Shown one piece after another: positions 37,000 through 47,186 of a stretch of DNA of 64,000 nt. Location: NCBI GenBank assembly GCA_045116295.1, contig JBGULQ010000008.1:13147-77146 (forward strand), read 5' to 3'. Source of the stretch: Alphaproteobacteria bacterium (lineage in GTDB: Bacteria; Pseudomonadota; Alphaproteobacteria; RF32; CAG-239). A program made the position numbers and the translations under genes. Numbering within the stretch: the stretch's first letter is position 1; each line of letters opens with the position of its first letter. The notes beneath the pieces were generated by a model. The model saw nothing but the letters and a program-made list of their open reading frames with translations, was not told the origin of the DNA and ran no database searches.

Positions 37000-38325
37000 G
37001 TGAAATATTTTATCAAAACTTTCGGTTGCCAAATGAATGTGTACGATTCTGGGCGGATTGCCGATATTTTGGAAAATATGGGGTACAAGCCGGCAACAAA
37101 AATCAGCGATGCAGATCTGATTTTGTTTAATACTTGTCATATACGTGAAAAAGCAGCTGAAAAACTTTTTTCGGACTTAGGACGAATCGAAATTATAAAA
37201 AAAGAACGCGCGGAAAAAGGACTTGAAACCATTATCGGCGTTGTCGGTTGCGTGGTGCAAGCTGAAAATGAACAAATTGCAACTCGTGCGCCTTATGTTA
37301 ATTTTGCGACCGGTCCTCTAACCTATCACAGGATTCCGGAGATTTTGCAAAAAATAGCTCGAGAGAAAAATATCTGTATTATTGACACCGATTTTCCGGC
37401 CGAAAGCAAATTTGACTTTTTACCGCAAAACAAATGTTCGGGCGGTTGCTCATATTTGGCAATTCAGGAAGGATGCAATAATTTTTGTACATATTGCATT
37501 GTGCCTTATACACGCGGGGTTGAAACCTCTCGTCCGGTTGAAGATGTTATTGCTGAGGCAAAGCGTTTGGTCGATGGCGGCACTCTCGAAATTAATCTTT
37601 TGGGGCAGAATGTTAACTCCTACCACGGAGAAGATGCGAATGGTAAAGAGCGCAATTTGGCATATTTACTCAATAAGCTGGCAGAAATTGACGGATTACA
37701 ACGTTTGAGATATACAACTTCTTACCCTGCAGATATGAACGACGAGCTGATTGCCTGTCATAAAAATCTGAGTAAACTTATGCCTTATTTACATTTACCG
37801 TTGCAATCGGGCTCGGATAAAATTTTGAAAGCAATGAATCGTCGCCATACCAGCGGTCAATATTTGGATATTGTTGAAAAGCTGAAAGTCGCTAATCCGC
37901 ATATCGGGTTATCGTCAGATTTTATTGTCGGATTTCCTGGGGAAACAGATGAAGACTTTAAGGCAACAATGGATATGGTAGCAAAAGTTAATTATATTCA
38001 GGCTTTTTCATTCAAATACAGTCGTCGAGCAGGAACTCCGGCAGCTGTGTATTCAAATCAGGTAGAAGAAAAAGTCAAACAAGAACGACTGGCAATTTTA
38101 CAAGATGATTTATTTTCACGGCAATTAAGCTTTAATAAAGAATGTGTTGGTAAAATAATGCCGGTATTGTTCGAAAGTAAGGGACGTAAAAACGGTGAAA
38201 TATTCGGTCGCACGCCTTATATGCAAACCTTGGTAGCAAAGGCAGGACCCGAAAATTTGAATAAAATTAAAAATGTTGAAATAACTTCAGGCGGAATGAA
38301 TTCGCTAAATGGTGTAATAAAATAG
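37000..38325 (+). CDS. miaB: tRNA-2-methylthio-N6-dimethylallyladenosine synthase
   Basis: 441 aa with a GTG start. It has FIKTFGCQMNVYDS, GCNNFCTYCIVPYTRG and a TRAM C-terminus. Confidence 0.9.
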   Translation: MKYFIKTFGCQMNVYDSGRIADILENMGYKPATKISDADLILFNTCHIREKAAEKLFSDLGRIEIIKKERAEKGLETIIGVVGCVVQAENEQIATRAPYVNFATGPLTYHRIPEILQKIAREKNICIIDTDFPAESKFDFLPQNKCSGGCSYLAIQEGCNNFCTYCIVPYTRGVETSRPVEDVIAEAKRLVDGGTLEINLLGQNVNSYHGEDANGKERNLAYLLNKLAEIDGLQRLRYTTSYPADMNDELIACHKNLSKLMPYLHLPLQSGSDKILKAMNRRHTSGQYLDIVEKLKVANPHIGLSSDFIVGFPGETDEDFKATMDMVAKVNYIQAFSFKYSRRAGTPAAVYSNQVEEKVKQERLAILQDDLFSRQLSFNKECVGKIMPVLFESKGRKNGEIFGRTPYMQTLVAKAGPENLNKIKNVEITSGGMNSLNGVIK

Positions 38326-38338
38326 AAGGCAATAAATT

Positions 38339-39298
38339 ATGGCAGAAATCGAATTTGAACTTTTTAATAATCAATTTCTTCAACAATTGGTCGGTCCTAA
38401 TGACGAAAATCTCAAAATTATTGAAGAAGCACTAAAAGTAGAAATTGCTACTTTTGGCAATCGTGTTACAATCAAAGGAAATGAAGAAAATTGTAAAAAT
38501 GCCAAAGAAGCTATTGATACTTTATATTCTAAAGCAAGCCGAGGGATTGAAATCGGCTCACAAGAAGTGAAGGCCGCTGTCAGGATGAGTGGTGCTGATA
38601 TGAATGATAAGAAAAATGTCGATTTGAATAATATTGTACTTAAAACCAAAAAACGCCACATATACCCACGCTCGCAAAATCAGGCAAAATATATTTTAGA
38701 AATGATGGATAACGAACTGGTATTTGGTCTTGGCCCCGCCGGTACGGGTAAAACGTATTTGGCTGTTGCATTGGCAGTTTCTATGATGCTGGAAGGATCA
38801 ATTGATAAAATCATTCTGTCACGTCCGGCAGTTGAGGCTGGTGAAAATCTCGGTTTCTTACCGGGTGATTTGAAAGATAAAGTGGATCCTTATCTTCGTC
38901 CTTTGTATGATGCATTGTACGAGATGCTTCCGGCTGAACAGGTAGATAAAAAACTTGCAGTCGGTGAAATTGAAATTGCGCCTTTGGCATTTATGAGAGG
39001 TCGTACATTGTCTAATGCCTTTGTAATTCTCGATGAAGCACAAAATACAACTCCTATGCAGATGAAAATGTTTTTAACTCGTTTGGGCGAAAACTCTCGA
39101 ATGGTCGTCAACGGTGATTTGAGTCAGGTAGATTTGCCGAGAGGTACAATTTCGGGGCTGAAAGACGCTTTGGCTACTTTGAAAAACATTAAAGGAATAA
39201 GCTCTGTTACTTTTGGAGCAGAAGACGTTGTCCGTCATGGCTTGGTGGCAAAAATTGTCTGCGCTTATGAAAAGAAAAGCAAGGAAGAACATGATTAA
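38339..39298 (+). CDS. phoH: PhoH-family ATPase
   Basis: 319 aa with GPAGTGKTYLAV, ILDEAQN and ..GDLSQVDLP motifs. Confidence 0.9.
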   Translation: MAEIEFELFNNQFLQQLVGPNDENLKIIEEALKVEIATFGNRVTIKGNEENCKNAKEAIDTLYSKASRGIEIGSQEVKAAVRMSGADMNDKKNVDLNNIVLKTKKRHIYPRSQNQAKYILEMMDNELVFGLGPAGTGKTYLAVALAVSMMLEGSIDKIILSRPAVEAGENLGFLPGDLKDKVDPYLRPLYDALYEMLPAEQVDKKLAVGEIEIAPLAFMRGRTLSNAFVILDEAQNTTPMQMKMFLTRLGENSRMVVNGDLSQVDLPRGTISGLKDALATLKNIKGISSVTFGAEDVVRHGLVAKIVCAYEKKSKEEHD

Positions 39299-39803
39299 AA
39301 CACAGCTTAATGTTGATATTGCCGATGACAGGTGGTTGAAAGAACTGCCGGAAGCAGAAAAGTTCTCAGCAGAAATTTTTGATAAAGTGATATCAACACT
39401 TTCTCCCAAATGGTTGAATGAGAAAAAAAGCGTTATTATAAATTTGTCTTTGAATAATGATGAAGAAATACGCCAACTCAATGCTGAGTTCAGACAACTT
39501 GATAAACCTACCAATGTCTTGTCGTTTGCAAATCTTGATGACGAGGAATTTGAGGCTTATTTGGCACGAAATGATGAAATTGAGCTCGGCGATATTATTG
39601 TCGCATTTGAAACAATGTTGGATCAAAGCAAAGATCAGGAACTGAGTTTACACGATCACTATTGCCATATTTTGATTCATGGAATTTTGCATCTGCTCGG
39701 ATATGATCATATGGAAGCAGAAGAAGCAAAAGAAATGGAGAGTGAAGAAATAAAGTTACTTGAACTTTTTAATATTAAAAATCCCTATGAGGAAAGAGAG
39801 TAA
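39291..39803 (+). CDS. ybeY: rRNA maturation endoribonuclease YbeY
   Basis: The ATG at 39291 overlaps the phoH end. It has the HGILHLLGYDH zinc motif. Confidence 0.9.
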   Translation: MIKTQLNVDIADDRWLKELPEAEKFSAEIFDKVISTLSPKWLNEKKSVIINLSLNNDEEIRQLNAEFRQLDKPTNVLSFANLDDEEFEAYLARNDEIELGDIIVAFETMLDQSKDQELSLHDHYCHILIHGILHLLGYDHMEAEEAKEMESEEIKLLELFNIKNPYEERE

Positions 39804-39806
39804 GAT

Positions 39807-40688
39807 ATGAGTGATGACAGTCAAAGTCACAGTTTTTACGGTTATTTGAAAAATATTTTTGCCCCTAAGGAAGATGTGCGCGAAACAATTGAAGATATGA
39901 TTGAAGAGGCAGTTGATGATACGGGGCATGATGAGTTTAGCGAACATGAACAACAATTGTTGAGCAATGTGCTCGGGATTAAGGATAAAAAGGTTTGTCG
40001 TGTAATGATTCCGAGAGCTGATATAATCGCCTTTCAAAAAGACGGAACCGTTGAAGATTTGGCAAAATTGATGGTAGAAAAAGGTCACTCAAGGATTCCA
40101 ATTTACGGCGATTCAATTGATGATATTGTAGGGGTGTTGCATATAATTGACTTGGCTACATGCTTGTTAAAAGGACAAGATAAAATGCCGGTATCACAGA
40201 TTGAATATAATCCTATCAAACTTGCCTCTCAAGATGACACAGTATTAGATTTACTGAAGGAAATGCAACAAGGTAAAACTCATATGGCCGCCGTTGTTGA
40301 CGACTATGGCGGAGTTTGTGGTTTGGTGACTATTGAGGATTTGTTAGAAGAAATTGTCGGTGATATTGAAGACGAATATGATTTGGAGGAAAATCATATT
40401 ATAACATTGCAGGGACAGGGAGCTTTTGTTGCTGATGCCAAGGCATACCTTGATGAGGTGCGCGAAGTTACGGGATTGTCATTTGGAGAAAAAGACGAAG
40501 AAGGTAATGAAGTTGACACTCTCGGCGGATACGTTTTTGAGCTGGCTCAACGTATTCCTAACCGTGGCGAAATTATTGATGGTCACGATGGAATAAAATT
40601 TAAGATATTGGATGTCGATCCAAGCAGAATTAAAAAAATTATGATTATCTTGCCAACAAAAAATGAGGCTATAGCTGTAAATGAATAA
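39807..40688 (+). CDS. corC: CBS-pair / CorC_HlyC domain protein (TlyC/CorC)
   Basis: 293 aa with VMIPRADI, a CBS pair, GLVTIEDLLEEIVGDIEDE and a C-terminal transporter-associated domain. Confidence 0.85.
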   Translation: MSDDSQSHSFYGYLKNIFAPKEDVRETIEDMIEEAVDDTGHDEFSEHEQQLLSNVLGIKDKKVCRVMIPRADIIAFQKDGTVEDLAKLMVEKGHSRIPIYGDSIDDIVGVLHIIDLATCLLKGQDKMPVSQIEYNPIKLASQDDTVLDLLKEMQQGKTHMAAVVDDYGGVCGLVTIEDLLEEIVGDIEDEYDLEENHIITLQGQGAFVADAKAYLDEVREVTGLSFGEKDEEGNEVDTLGGYVFELAQRIPNRGEIIDGHDGIKFKILDVDPSRIKKIMIILPTKNEAIAVNE

Positions 40689-42207
40689 AAATTGGTTGCA
40701 ATACAAAAAGACAATATCTGCTCTGTTGGGAGTTATTGCAACTATGGCTTTACCTCCGCACTATCAGGTATGGCTTTTGGTACTATCACTCAGCGGATTA
40801 ATGCTTATGCTGGCAAATGTTGTAAAAACAAAACAGGCTTTTGCAATAGGTTATTGGTTCGGATTTGGATTTTTTGCAGTTGGCTTATCTTGGGTAGCAA
40901 ATGCTTTGACTCTGGATATAAAAAGTTTTTGGTGGTTGATACCGCTTGCCTTGGCTGGATCAGGAGCATTTTTTGGATTTTTTGTGGCATTACCGGCTAT
41001 AGGAAGCTGTTTTTTTAAAGGCATTTGGGCAAAAATTATTGTATTTGCAACTCTGTGGGGAATTGGTGAATGGGTGCGTTCTTTCTTGTTTACCGGATTT
41101 CCATGGAATTTGTTGGGATCAGCGCTCGCATTCGACCACAGGTTGATACAATCGGTATCGTTTTTCGGTACATACGGCTTATCGGTTCTTGTAGTTCTGA
41201 TTGCAATGCTACCGGCGGCCACTATTAAGACTCAGAAAAAAAATGTTTTAGCAGTAATTATATGCGAGATTGTTTTAATTTCAGGAATTATCGGGTATGG
41301 AAAATATCGAACAGATATTATTGACGATAATAAAAACTCTGACATTAAAATTCGTATTGTACAGCCAAGTATTCCGCAAAGCTTGAAGTGGAATTTCAGT
41401 GAACTTGAGCACAACTTTGCCGATTATATTGAAATGTCACAGGCAAGTGGCTTTGAAGACACAGATGTCGTTATTTGGGGAGAAACTGCAAGTACATTTC
41501 CACTGACACTGGATAGAACTCATCTTTATCAAGCATTACCTGCAGTACCAGATGACGGATATTTAATCGCCGGCAGTATTGATTATTATCCTGACGATGA
41601 CGACAGATGGCTACCTGTTAATGCCGGAATTGTGCTTAGGCACGGAAAAGGAATTATTGACAGTTATGCAAAATCACATTTAGTGCCGTTCGGTGAGTAC
41701 ATCCCATTAAGGAGATATATTCCGGCAAAATTGCGACCAATTACAAAAGTTATTGCTGATTTTAGAGCCGGTAACGGGGTTAAGACCATTCATACCGATA
41801 AGTTACCGCCTTTTGGTATTCTGATTTGTTATGAGATTATTTTTCCGCATGAAGTAGCCGATAAAAATGACAGACCTCAATGGCTCATAAATCTGACCAA
41901 TGACGGATGGTACGGAAAAAGTTCAGGTCCGTATCAGCATCTGGTGACGGCACAACTGCGGGCAGCAGAAGAAGGGCTGACCGTTGTCAGGGCTGCGAAT
42001 TCCGGAATTTCGGCGGTGATTTCACGAAGCGGAAAGATTTTAGCTAAAATTCCCCTGCATGAAAGAGGAAATTTGGATGTTTTGTTGCCGGAAAATTTAG
42101 AAATTGTAACCCCCTACTCTAAATATGGCAATATTATATTTGCAATATTATCTGCTGTTTTGTTAATGCTTGCCGGCAGTTTGTCTTGGTTAAATAAGCA
42201 CTATTAA
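40681..42207 (+). CDS. lnt: apolipoprotein N-acyltransferase
   Basis: 508 aa with an N-terminal polytopic domain and a CN-hydrolase domain (VIWGETA, ILICYEIIF, NLTNDGWY). Confidence 0.9.
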   Translation: MNKNWLQYKKTISALLGVIATMALPPHYQVWLLVLSLSGLMLMLANVVKTKQAFAIGYWFGFGFFAVGLSWVANALTLDIKSFWWLIPLALAGSGAFFGFFVALPAIGSCFFKGIWAKIIVFATLWGIGEWVRSFLFTGFPWNLLGSALAFDHRLIQSVSFFGTYGLSVLVVLIAMLPAATIKTQKKNVLAVIICEIVLISGIIGYGKYRTDIIDDNKNSDIKIRIVQPSIPQSLKWNFSELEHNFADYIEMSQASGFEDTDVVIWGETASTFPLTLDRTHLYQALPAVPDDGYLIAGSIDYYPDDDDRWLPVNAGIVLRHGKGIIDSYAKSHLVPFGEYIPLRRYIPAKLRPITKVIADFRAGNGVKTIHTDKLPPFGILICYEIIFPHEVADKNDRPQWLINLTNDGWYGKSSGPYQHLVTAQLRAAEEGLTVVRAANSGISAVISRSGKILAKIPLHERGNLDVLLPENLEIVTPYSKYGNIIFAILSAVLLMLAGSLSWLNKHY

Positions 42208-42318
42208 AATATCCTTATATTATAAAATTCTTATATACAATGTTATTACAAAAACGTGTTGACATCACTACTAAAGGTAGTATTTTATTTGTAGATAAGT
42301 TGGTTGGAGATTAATAAT

Positions 42319-42819
42319 ATGACATTACAAAAATCAAAAAAATCGAGCCGCGGGCGTACTCCAAGCGGACAGCCTAATCCGATTGACATCCATGTTGGCA
42401 ACCGCATTCGTTTGCGCCGTAGCATTTTGGGGTGGAGTCAAGAAAAATTAGCCAATATGTTGGGGTTGACTTTTCAACAAGTACAAAAATATGAACGTGG
42501 TAGCAATCGCGTTGGAGCAAGCCGTTTATGGGATATCGGTAATGTTATGAATGTTCCGATTAACTTCTTTTTTGAGGATATGGGGGCAAATATTGCATCA
42601 CAAAGTCCGCGTGTATTCAGCTCTCCTGAACCGGAGATTCTCAGGCTTGAGGAGATTGCTGAAGATATCGATATGGATCCAATGAAAAAACAGGAAACAT
42701 TGGAATTGGTGAAGGCGTATTATAAAATAAACAATCGTAAAACTGCTAAAATTCTGTTCGATCTGATTGTGGCTCTTTCTAAGTCAACAGCAATGCAGAA
42801 AATCCCCGATAAAAAATAA
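42319..42819 (+). CDS. XRE-family helix-turn-helix transcriptional regulator
   Basis: The start is the ATG at 42319. It has VGNRIRLRRSILGWSQEKLANMLGLTFQQVQKYERGSNRVGASRL. Confidence 0.8.
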   Translation: MTLQKSKKSSRGRTPSGQPNPIDIHVGNRIRLRRSILGWSQEKLANMLGLTFQQVQKYERGSNRVGASRLWDIGNVMNVPINFFFEDMGANIASQSPRVFSSPEPEILRLEEIAEDIDMDPMKKQETLELVKAYYKINNRKTAKILFDLIVALSKSTAMQKIPDKK

Positions 42820-42835
42820 TTTTAGATTTGCAAAA

Positions 42836-42868
42836 ATAAAGCTGGTATTTTTTAGTACCAGCTTTTAT
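42836..42868 (+). terminator. intrinsic terminator after the HTH gene, immediately upstream of metK
   Basis: aaagctggta-tttttta-gtaccagctttt. Confidence 0.7.
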
Positions 42869-42891
42869 TATACCTCAAAATGGAGGAAATT

Positions 42892-44034
42892 ATGACTTAT
42901 TTATTTACCAGCGAATCTGTTGCTAACGGACATCCGGATAAAATCTGTGACCAAATATCCGATGCAATTGTTGATTTATACCTGAAAAACGACGAAAATG
43001 CTCATACAGCGATTGAAACATTAGCAACAACTAACCGCGTTATTGTTGCCGGAGAAACTCTGAGCAGTGCAAAAATTTCCCGTGAGATGATTGACGATAC
43101 TATCCGCAAGATCATAAAAGATATCGGTTATGAACAGACAGGATTTGACTGGCGAAAAATTGAGATTACTAACTTATTGCATAGTCAATCAGCAAACATT
43201 GCGGACGGAATACAAGATTTTGGCGCCGGCGATCAAGGAATAATGTTTGGATATGCTAAGCGTGAATTCGGATTTGATACCGAGTTTATGCCTTTAACTG
43301 TCTTTTTAGCAAATAAGCTATTAATTGATTTGAAAAACTCGAAAATTGACGGCTTACAACCTGATGCCAAAAGTCAAATAACAATTGAATATAATGACAA
43401 AGGAGAAGCTGTTGCTGTCAAAAAGATTGTACTTTCAACACAGCATAGGGACGACTTGTCACTTAATGATGTGCGAGAAATTGTAAGAGATTTTATAATA
43501 AAAGATATTCCAGCAAATCTAAAACCTCAAAATGCCGATATAATGATTAATCCGGCCGGCAAATTTGTAATCGGTGGCCCTGATGGGGATACGGGATTGA
43601 CAGGAAGGAAGATTGTAGTTGATACTTATGGCGGGGCTGCTCCTCATGGTGGCGGGGCCTTTTCGGGAAAAGATCCGAGTAAGGTTGACCGCTCTGCCGC
43701 TTATATGTTGCGTTGGTTGGCAAAAAATATTGTAGCGGCGGATTTGGCTGATGAGTGCTTGCTACAAGTTTCTTATGCGATAGGAAAAGCTGAACCTTTG
43801 TCGCTGTTTGTAGATTGTAAAGGCACTGAAAAAAGTGATAAAAGTAAAATTTATGACTTTATAATTAAAAATATCAATTTAACGCCTAAAGGAATCATAA
43901 AGACATTGCAACTAAAACGTCCTATTTATTTGCCAACAGCATCATATGGGCATTTTGGCAGAAAGTGGGATGATGATGGACATTTCAGTTGGGAAAGAAC
44001 AAATTTGGTTGAGGACTTGCAACAATGCAAATAG
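42892..44034 (+). CDS. metK: S-adenosylmethionine synthetase
   Basis: The ATG at 42892 follows GGAGG. It has FTSESVANGHPDKICDQISD, GAGDQGIMFGYA and GGGAFSGKDPSKVDRSAAY motifs. Confidence 0.95.
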   Translation: MTYLFTSESVANGHPDKICDQISDAIVDLYLKNDENAHTAIETLATTNRVIVAGETLSSAKISREMIDDTIRKIIKDIGYEQTGFDWRKIEITNLLHSQSANIADGIQDFGAGDQGIMFGYAKREFGFDTEFMPLTVFLANKLLIDLKNSKIDGLQPDAKSQITIEYNDKGEAVAVKKIVLSTQHRDDLSLNDVREIVRDFIIKDIPANLKPQNADIMINPAGKFVIGGPDGDTGLTGRKIVVDTYGGAAPHGGGAFSGKDPSKVDRSAAYMLRWLAKNIVAADLADECLLQVSYAIGKAEPLSLFVDCKGTEKSDKSKIYDFIIKNINLTPKGIIKTLQLKRPIYLPTASYGHFGRKWDDDGHFSWERTNLVEDLQQCK

Positions 44035-44744
44035 ATGATAAACCGCATTTTTACGGGCGCCGGCAGGGACGACGATTGAGAAAAGCCAAGTCTGCATTGA
44101 TGGAGAATTTTCTGCCTAAAATAAAATTATCACCTTCTGAACCGTTAAAATTTCCGTTTACACCACAACAAATATTTTTAGAAATCGGGTTCGGTGATGG
44201 AGATCATTTAGCAGGACACTCTGCTCAACACCAAGATATTGCTTATATAGGTGCTGAAGTTTTCAAGAACGGCATTGCTAATCTATTGAGTTTAATGACC
44301 GGCATAAAACAAAATGATGAAGTCAGTGACAACATAAAACTCTTGAGTGAACGCAGCGATAACGTGAGAATTTGGGATGATGATATTCGCCTGTTGTTTC
44401 CATTGTTACCTGATGAGTGTTTGGATAGAATATTTTTGTTGTTTCCGGATCCGTGGCCCAAAAAACGGCATGCGTCAAGGCGTTTTATTAATCAGGAAAA
44501 TTTGAAGATATTGGCAAGGATATTAAAACCCAACGGAATTTTGAGAGTTGCAACAGACCATATGGTATATAAAGTATGGACGCTACAGCAAATGCGTAAC
44601 TGCCCTTATTTTGAATGGACAGCGACATGCGGAAATGATTGGAAGCATGAACCGACTGATTGGGTAGAAACAAAATATCAGCGAAAGGCTATACGCGAAG
44701 GACGAAAACCGGTGTTTTTAGATTTTGTAAAAATCAGCAAATAA
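44025..44744 (+). CDS. trmB: tRNA (guanine-N7)-methyltransferase
   Basis: 239 aa with LEIGFGDGDHL, LLFPDPWPKKRH and ATDH motifs. Confidence 0.9.
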   Translation: MQIDDKPHFYGRRQGRRLRKAKSALMENFLPKIKLSPSEPLKFPFTPQQIFLEIGFGDGDHLAGHSAQHQDIAYIGAEVFKNGIANLLSLMTGIKQNDEVSDNIKLLSERSDNVRIWDDDIRLLFPLLPDECLDRIFLLFPDPWPKKRHASRRFINQENLKILARILKPNGILRVATDHMVYKVWTLQQMRNCPYFEWTATCGNDWKHEPTDWVETKYQRKAIREGRKPVFLDFVKISK

Positions 44745-44746
44745 CA

Positions 44747-44779
44747 AAACAGCCTTTCTTCAAGAAAGGCTGTTTTTGT
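44747..44779 (+). terminator. intrinsic terminator after trmB
   Basis: acagcctttct-tcaa-gaaaggctgt followed by TTTTGTTT. Confidence 0.8.
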
Positions 44780-45054
44780 TTAATTCTGATAGCGAGCATT
44801 ATTCAGTAAGGTCAAACAAAGCTTGCGCTTCATCAGATAAATTCCACTGCTTTCTACTCATTCAGCGCCACTTTGCGTTCATCAGCCGGAAGTTTGAAAA
44901 AGCTCCAACTGTGCCTCCTCGCTTGGTAAGGGACGGTAACGTTTTATATAGTACAAGCACAGCACTATTAAACATCTATCGGAAGGAAGTTAAACAGCTC
45001 AAATTCCTCCTCTGCAGATAAAGAATTGTGCCCATATGATGCTGATATATATGT

Positions 45055-45090
45055 AATAAAAAAGACCTCACGAGCCGGAGGTCTTTTTTT
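45055..45090. terminator. bidirectional intrinsic terminator
   Basis: aaaaaagacctc-acgagccg-gaggtcttttttt. It could stop the minus-strand gene ending at 45108, or any plus-strand transcript of the 44.8-45.05 kb spacer. Confidence 0.75.
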
Positions 45091-45107
45091 GTATGCAGCC
45101 GAAACGA

Positions 45108-45869
45108 TTAGAAAAGATTTTTAAAGAAACCCTTAGTTCCTTCTACAGCACCTTCTGCTGCATCACCAACGGCCTTAACACCATCAACAGCGGCGTCTTT
45201 AACATTGGCAAGTCCTTTATCGACAACTGCTTGGTATGATGCAGTCAAGATCTTTTGGATAATGATTGAGACTGTTTCAGCAAGGCTAGTGCCTGTTTTG
45301 CCTTTATCACGACCTATGTCGGTAATTTTGATCGACGGAAGAGGTATACCTGCGGCAGCGCCCTTACCTGCTACAGAGGCCGCGAGATTAACCTTACCGC
45401 CATCAACATTAACCAAATCTACTACAACTTTTCGTCCTGAATCTTTCTTGGCGGAATCGGATTTTGCACCGCCGACGCCCATGATATTTTTGAGCAAATC
45501 AGAAATATTGTTATATGTAACATTGCGCAGCTCATAAGTAATTTGCGGTTTGTTTACCTGAATGTGGTTGATGACAATAACCGGTTTGGTGATTGATTTG
45601 ACATCAACTTTTGCTGAAACTTCATCAATGCTGATAACATATGGTTGAGCGTATTCCTTTGGATTGCCGATAGTCAGATTGCTGAGTTTTATGTCTCCAT
45701 TGAGCGGAGAAATATGAAAACCGCCTAACTTGACTTCAGTTCCGGTAATCGGGCTACCGTATTTGGTAACAGCGTCTTTAACAATGCTCTCCAGATTATG
45801 AACAACATAAAAAATGCCGCCAGCAATAACCAATATAATTACTGCTAAGACAATAAGTATTTTTTTCAT
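45108..45869 (-). CDS. membrane-anchored AsmA-like/DUF748-like protein
   Basis: 253 aa with an N-terminal TM segment. It has repeated ..GGFHISPLNGDIKLSNLTIGNP.. beta-rich segments. Confidence 0.5.
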   Translation of the reverse strand: MKKILIVLAVIILVIAGGIFYVVHNLESIVKDAVTKYGSPITGTEVKLGGFHISPLNGDIKLSNLTIGNPKEYAQPYVISIDEVSAKVDVKSITKPVIVINHIQVNKPQITYELRNVTYNNISDLLKNIMGVGGAKSDSAKKDSGRKVVVDLVNVDGGKVNLAASVAGKGAAAGIPLPSIKITDIGRDKGKTGTSLAETVSIIIQKILTASYQAVVDKGLANVKDAAVDGVKAVGDAAEGAVEGTKGFFKNLF

Positions 45870-45980
45870 TTTTATTGTTTCCTTTAATCAAAAATTAAAA
45901 CTATTTGTAGTTTAATGCAGATGAAGATTTTTGCAACAGTTATAATTTTTTTTGTAGCACAAATGTGTACTGGAGGAAAA

Positions 45981-46448
45981 ATGGATTTTTATTATAGTCG
46001 TAAAAAATTGTTCGGATTGTTTGTATTGAGCCTAATTGTTTTATTTGTTGCTGCATTCGTTGCTCGAGTTTTGGGAATGAGTTCCGGCGTTACGACAGTA
46101 ATTGTATTTTGTCCGATTTTGTTTGTGCTGGTTTCATACTTTTTATGGATGTTTCCGAGACGTCTTGCGCATATTGATGAAAATTCAATCCAAATTGATC
46201 ATTCTGTTCCTCTGATGTGGAAAGATGTTGTTGCTGCACGTAAGATTGTTAATAAGCATATGTGCGGAAAAAGTATCGTTGTATTTGATTTGAAACCAAA
46301 GGTCGTTTATCCGCTGACTTTTATGCAAAGTTTTTGCCAATCAACTAAGTTTACAGCGTTTTCTATTCCTTTGTATGCAATGAAAGAAAAAGATCAAGTT
46401 GCAATCTGCAAAGAAATCAGCAAACATTGTAAGCTGAAGGAAGATTAA
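45981..46448 (+). CDS. hypothetical membrane protein
   Basis: The ATG at 45981 follows GGAGG. The product is 155 aa, with 2 TM segments and then a small soluble domain. Confidence 0.5.
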   Translation: MDFYYSRKKLFGLFVLSLIVLFVAAFVARVLGMSSGVTTVIVFCPILFVLVSYFLWMFPRRLAHIDENSIQIDHSVPLMWKDVVAARKIVNKHMCGKSIVVFDLKPKVVYPLTFMQSFCQSTKFTAFSIPLYAMKEKDQVAICKEISKHCKLKED

Positions 46449-47062
46449 TTAATTGAATTGATCCAACTGATGATTTTGTTTTCTTCCTCTTGGGCGTATT
46501 TATCAGATATGTTATTGAATGCCGCATGAGGGCGTAATTTGGCATTTTGAACCATACGTTCAAAATCAATAAAGAAGCTACCGTAATTGCTTCCCTGGGT
46601 GGAAAAAGGCACGACTTTTTTGGTCTTGAAATCTGCTTTTTGAAGAAAAGCAAGTAACGGTGTTGCCGGGGCATACCACCACACCGGTCCGCCAACAAAT
46701 ATGGTGTCATATTTTGAAAAATCAGGCATTTTGCCGCTAAGCTCAGGATATTTTTTTGAAGTCAGCTGCTGACGAGCTTTAATATAAAAAGATGTATTGA
46801 GAGTGATGTCTTCGGCGGTTTTGATTTCGTATAATTCTCCTTTAGTATATTTTGCAATTTTTTCTGCAATGGCTTTAGTGTGTCCGCTTAAAGAGAAATA
46901 TACAACCAATGTGCGACCAGTCTTAGCATTTGGCTTAACGGAGGATGAATATTTAGCCATTTCATGTTTGTTTTTCTGAGCGACCTTATATAAATGTATT
47001 CCACTCCCCAAAGCTACAAATAAGGCAACTATAATTAAAACTGAAATTATGCTCTTAATCAT
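46445..47062 (-). CDS. membrane-anchored flavodoxin-like protein
   Basis: 205 aa with LVVYFSLSGHTKAIAEKIA and DTIFVGGPVWWYAPATPLLAFL motifs. Confidence 0.75.
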   Translation of the reverse strand: MIKSIISVLIIVALFVALGSGIHLYKVAQKNKHEMAKYSSSVKPNAKTGRTLVVYFSLSGHTKAIAEKIAKYTKGELYEIKTAEDITLNTSFYIKARQQLTSKKYPELSGKMPDFSKYDTIFVGGPVWWYAPATPLLAFLQKADFKTKKVVPFSTQGSNYGSFFIDFERMVQNAKLRPHAAFNNISDKYAQEEENKIISWINSIN

Positions 47063-47186
47063 CTTATCCTCACAATTAAATTTTTATATTGTTCTGTATA
47101 TACAATAAATATTTTGTTGATACCAATAATAATTGACATTAAATCACATAAATTTCCGGCAGTCGATACTGACTGCCGGATTGTGG

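Noticed and set aside
42820-42891. I looked for a SAM riboswitch (SAM-II/SAM-V, as in many alphaproteobacteria) upstream of metK.
   Set aside because: The 72-nt spacer is fully accounted for by the terminator hairpin of the upstream HTH gene plus the RBS. There is no pseudoknot-forming motif.
44960-45000. The CGGAAGGAAG string, resembling the SRP (4.5S) RNA domain IV CCGGAAGGAAGCAGC motif.
   Set aside because: The flanking bases do not form the helix 8 stem, and the conserved GGAAGCAGC continuation and 5' GGUCAGGUCC strand are missing. I could not fold a plausible SRP RNA by hand.
44776-45021. An 81-aa ORF from the track, in the trmB-downstream spacer.
   Set aside because: It has no RBS and a TTG-type start, its composition is not protein-like, and it has no motif. 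I treat it as non-coding (see the sRNA/pseudogene finding).
47063-47186. I searched the far end of the island for a direct repeat of the tRNA-Lys 3' end (an attR-type scar) and for an integrase.
   Set aside because: Only a 9-bp-stem hairpin (ccggcagtc..gactgccgg) is present there. I saw no tRNA-derived repeat and no integrase or recombinase ORF anywhere in the island, so I do not claim classical site-specific integration.
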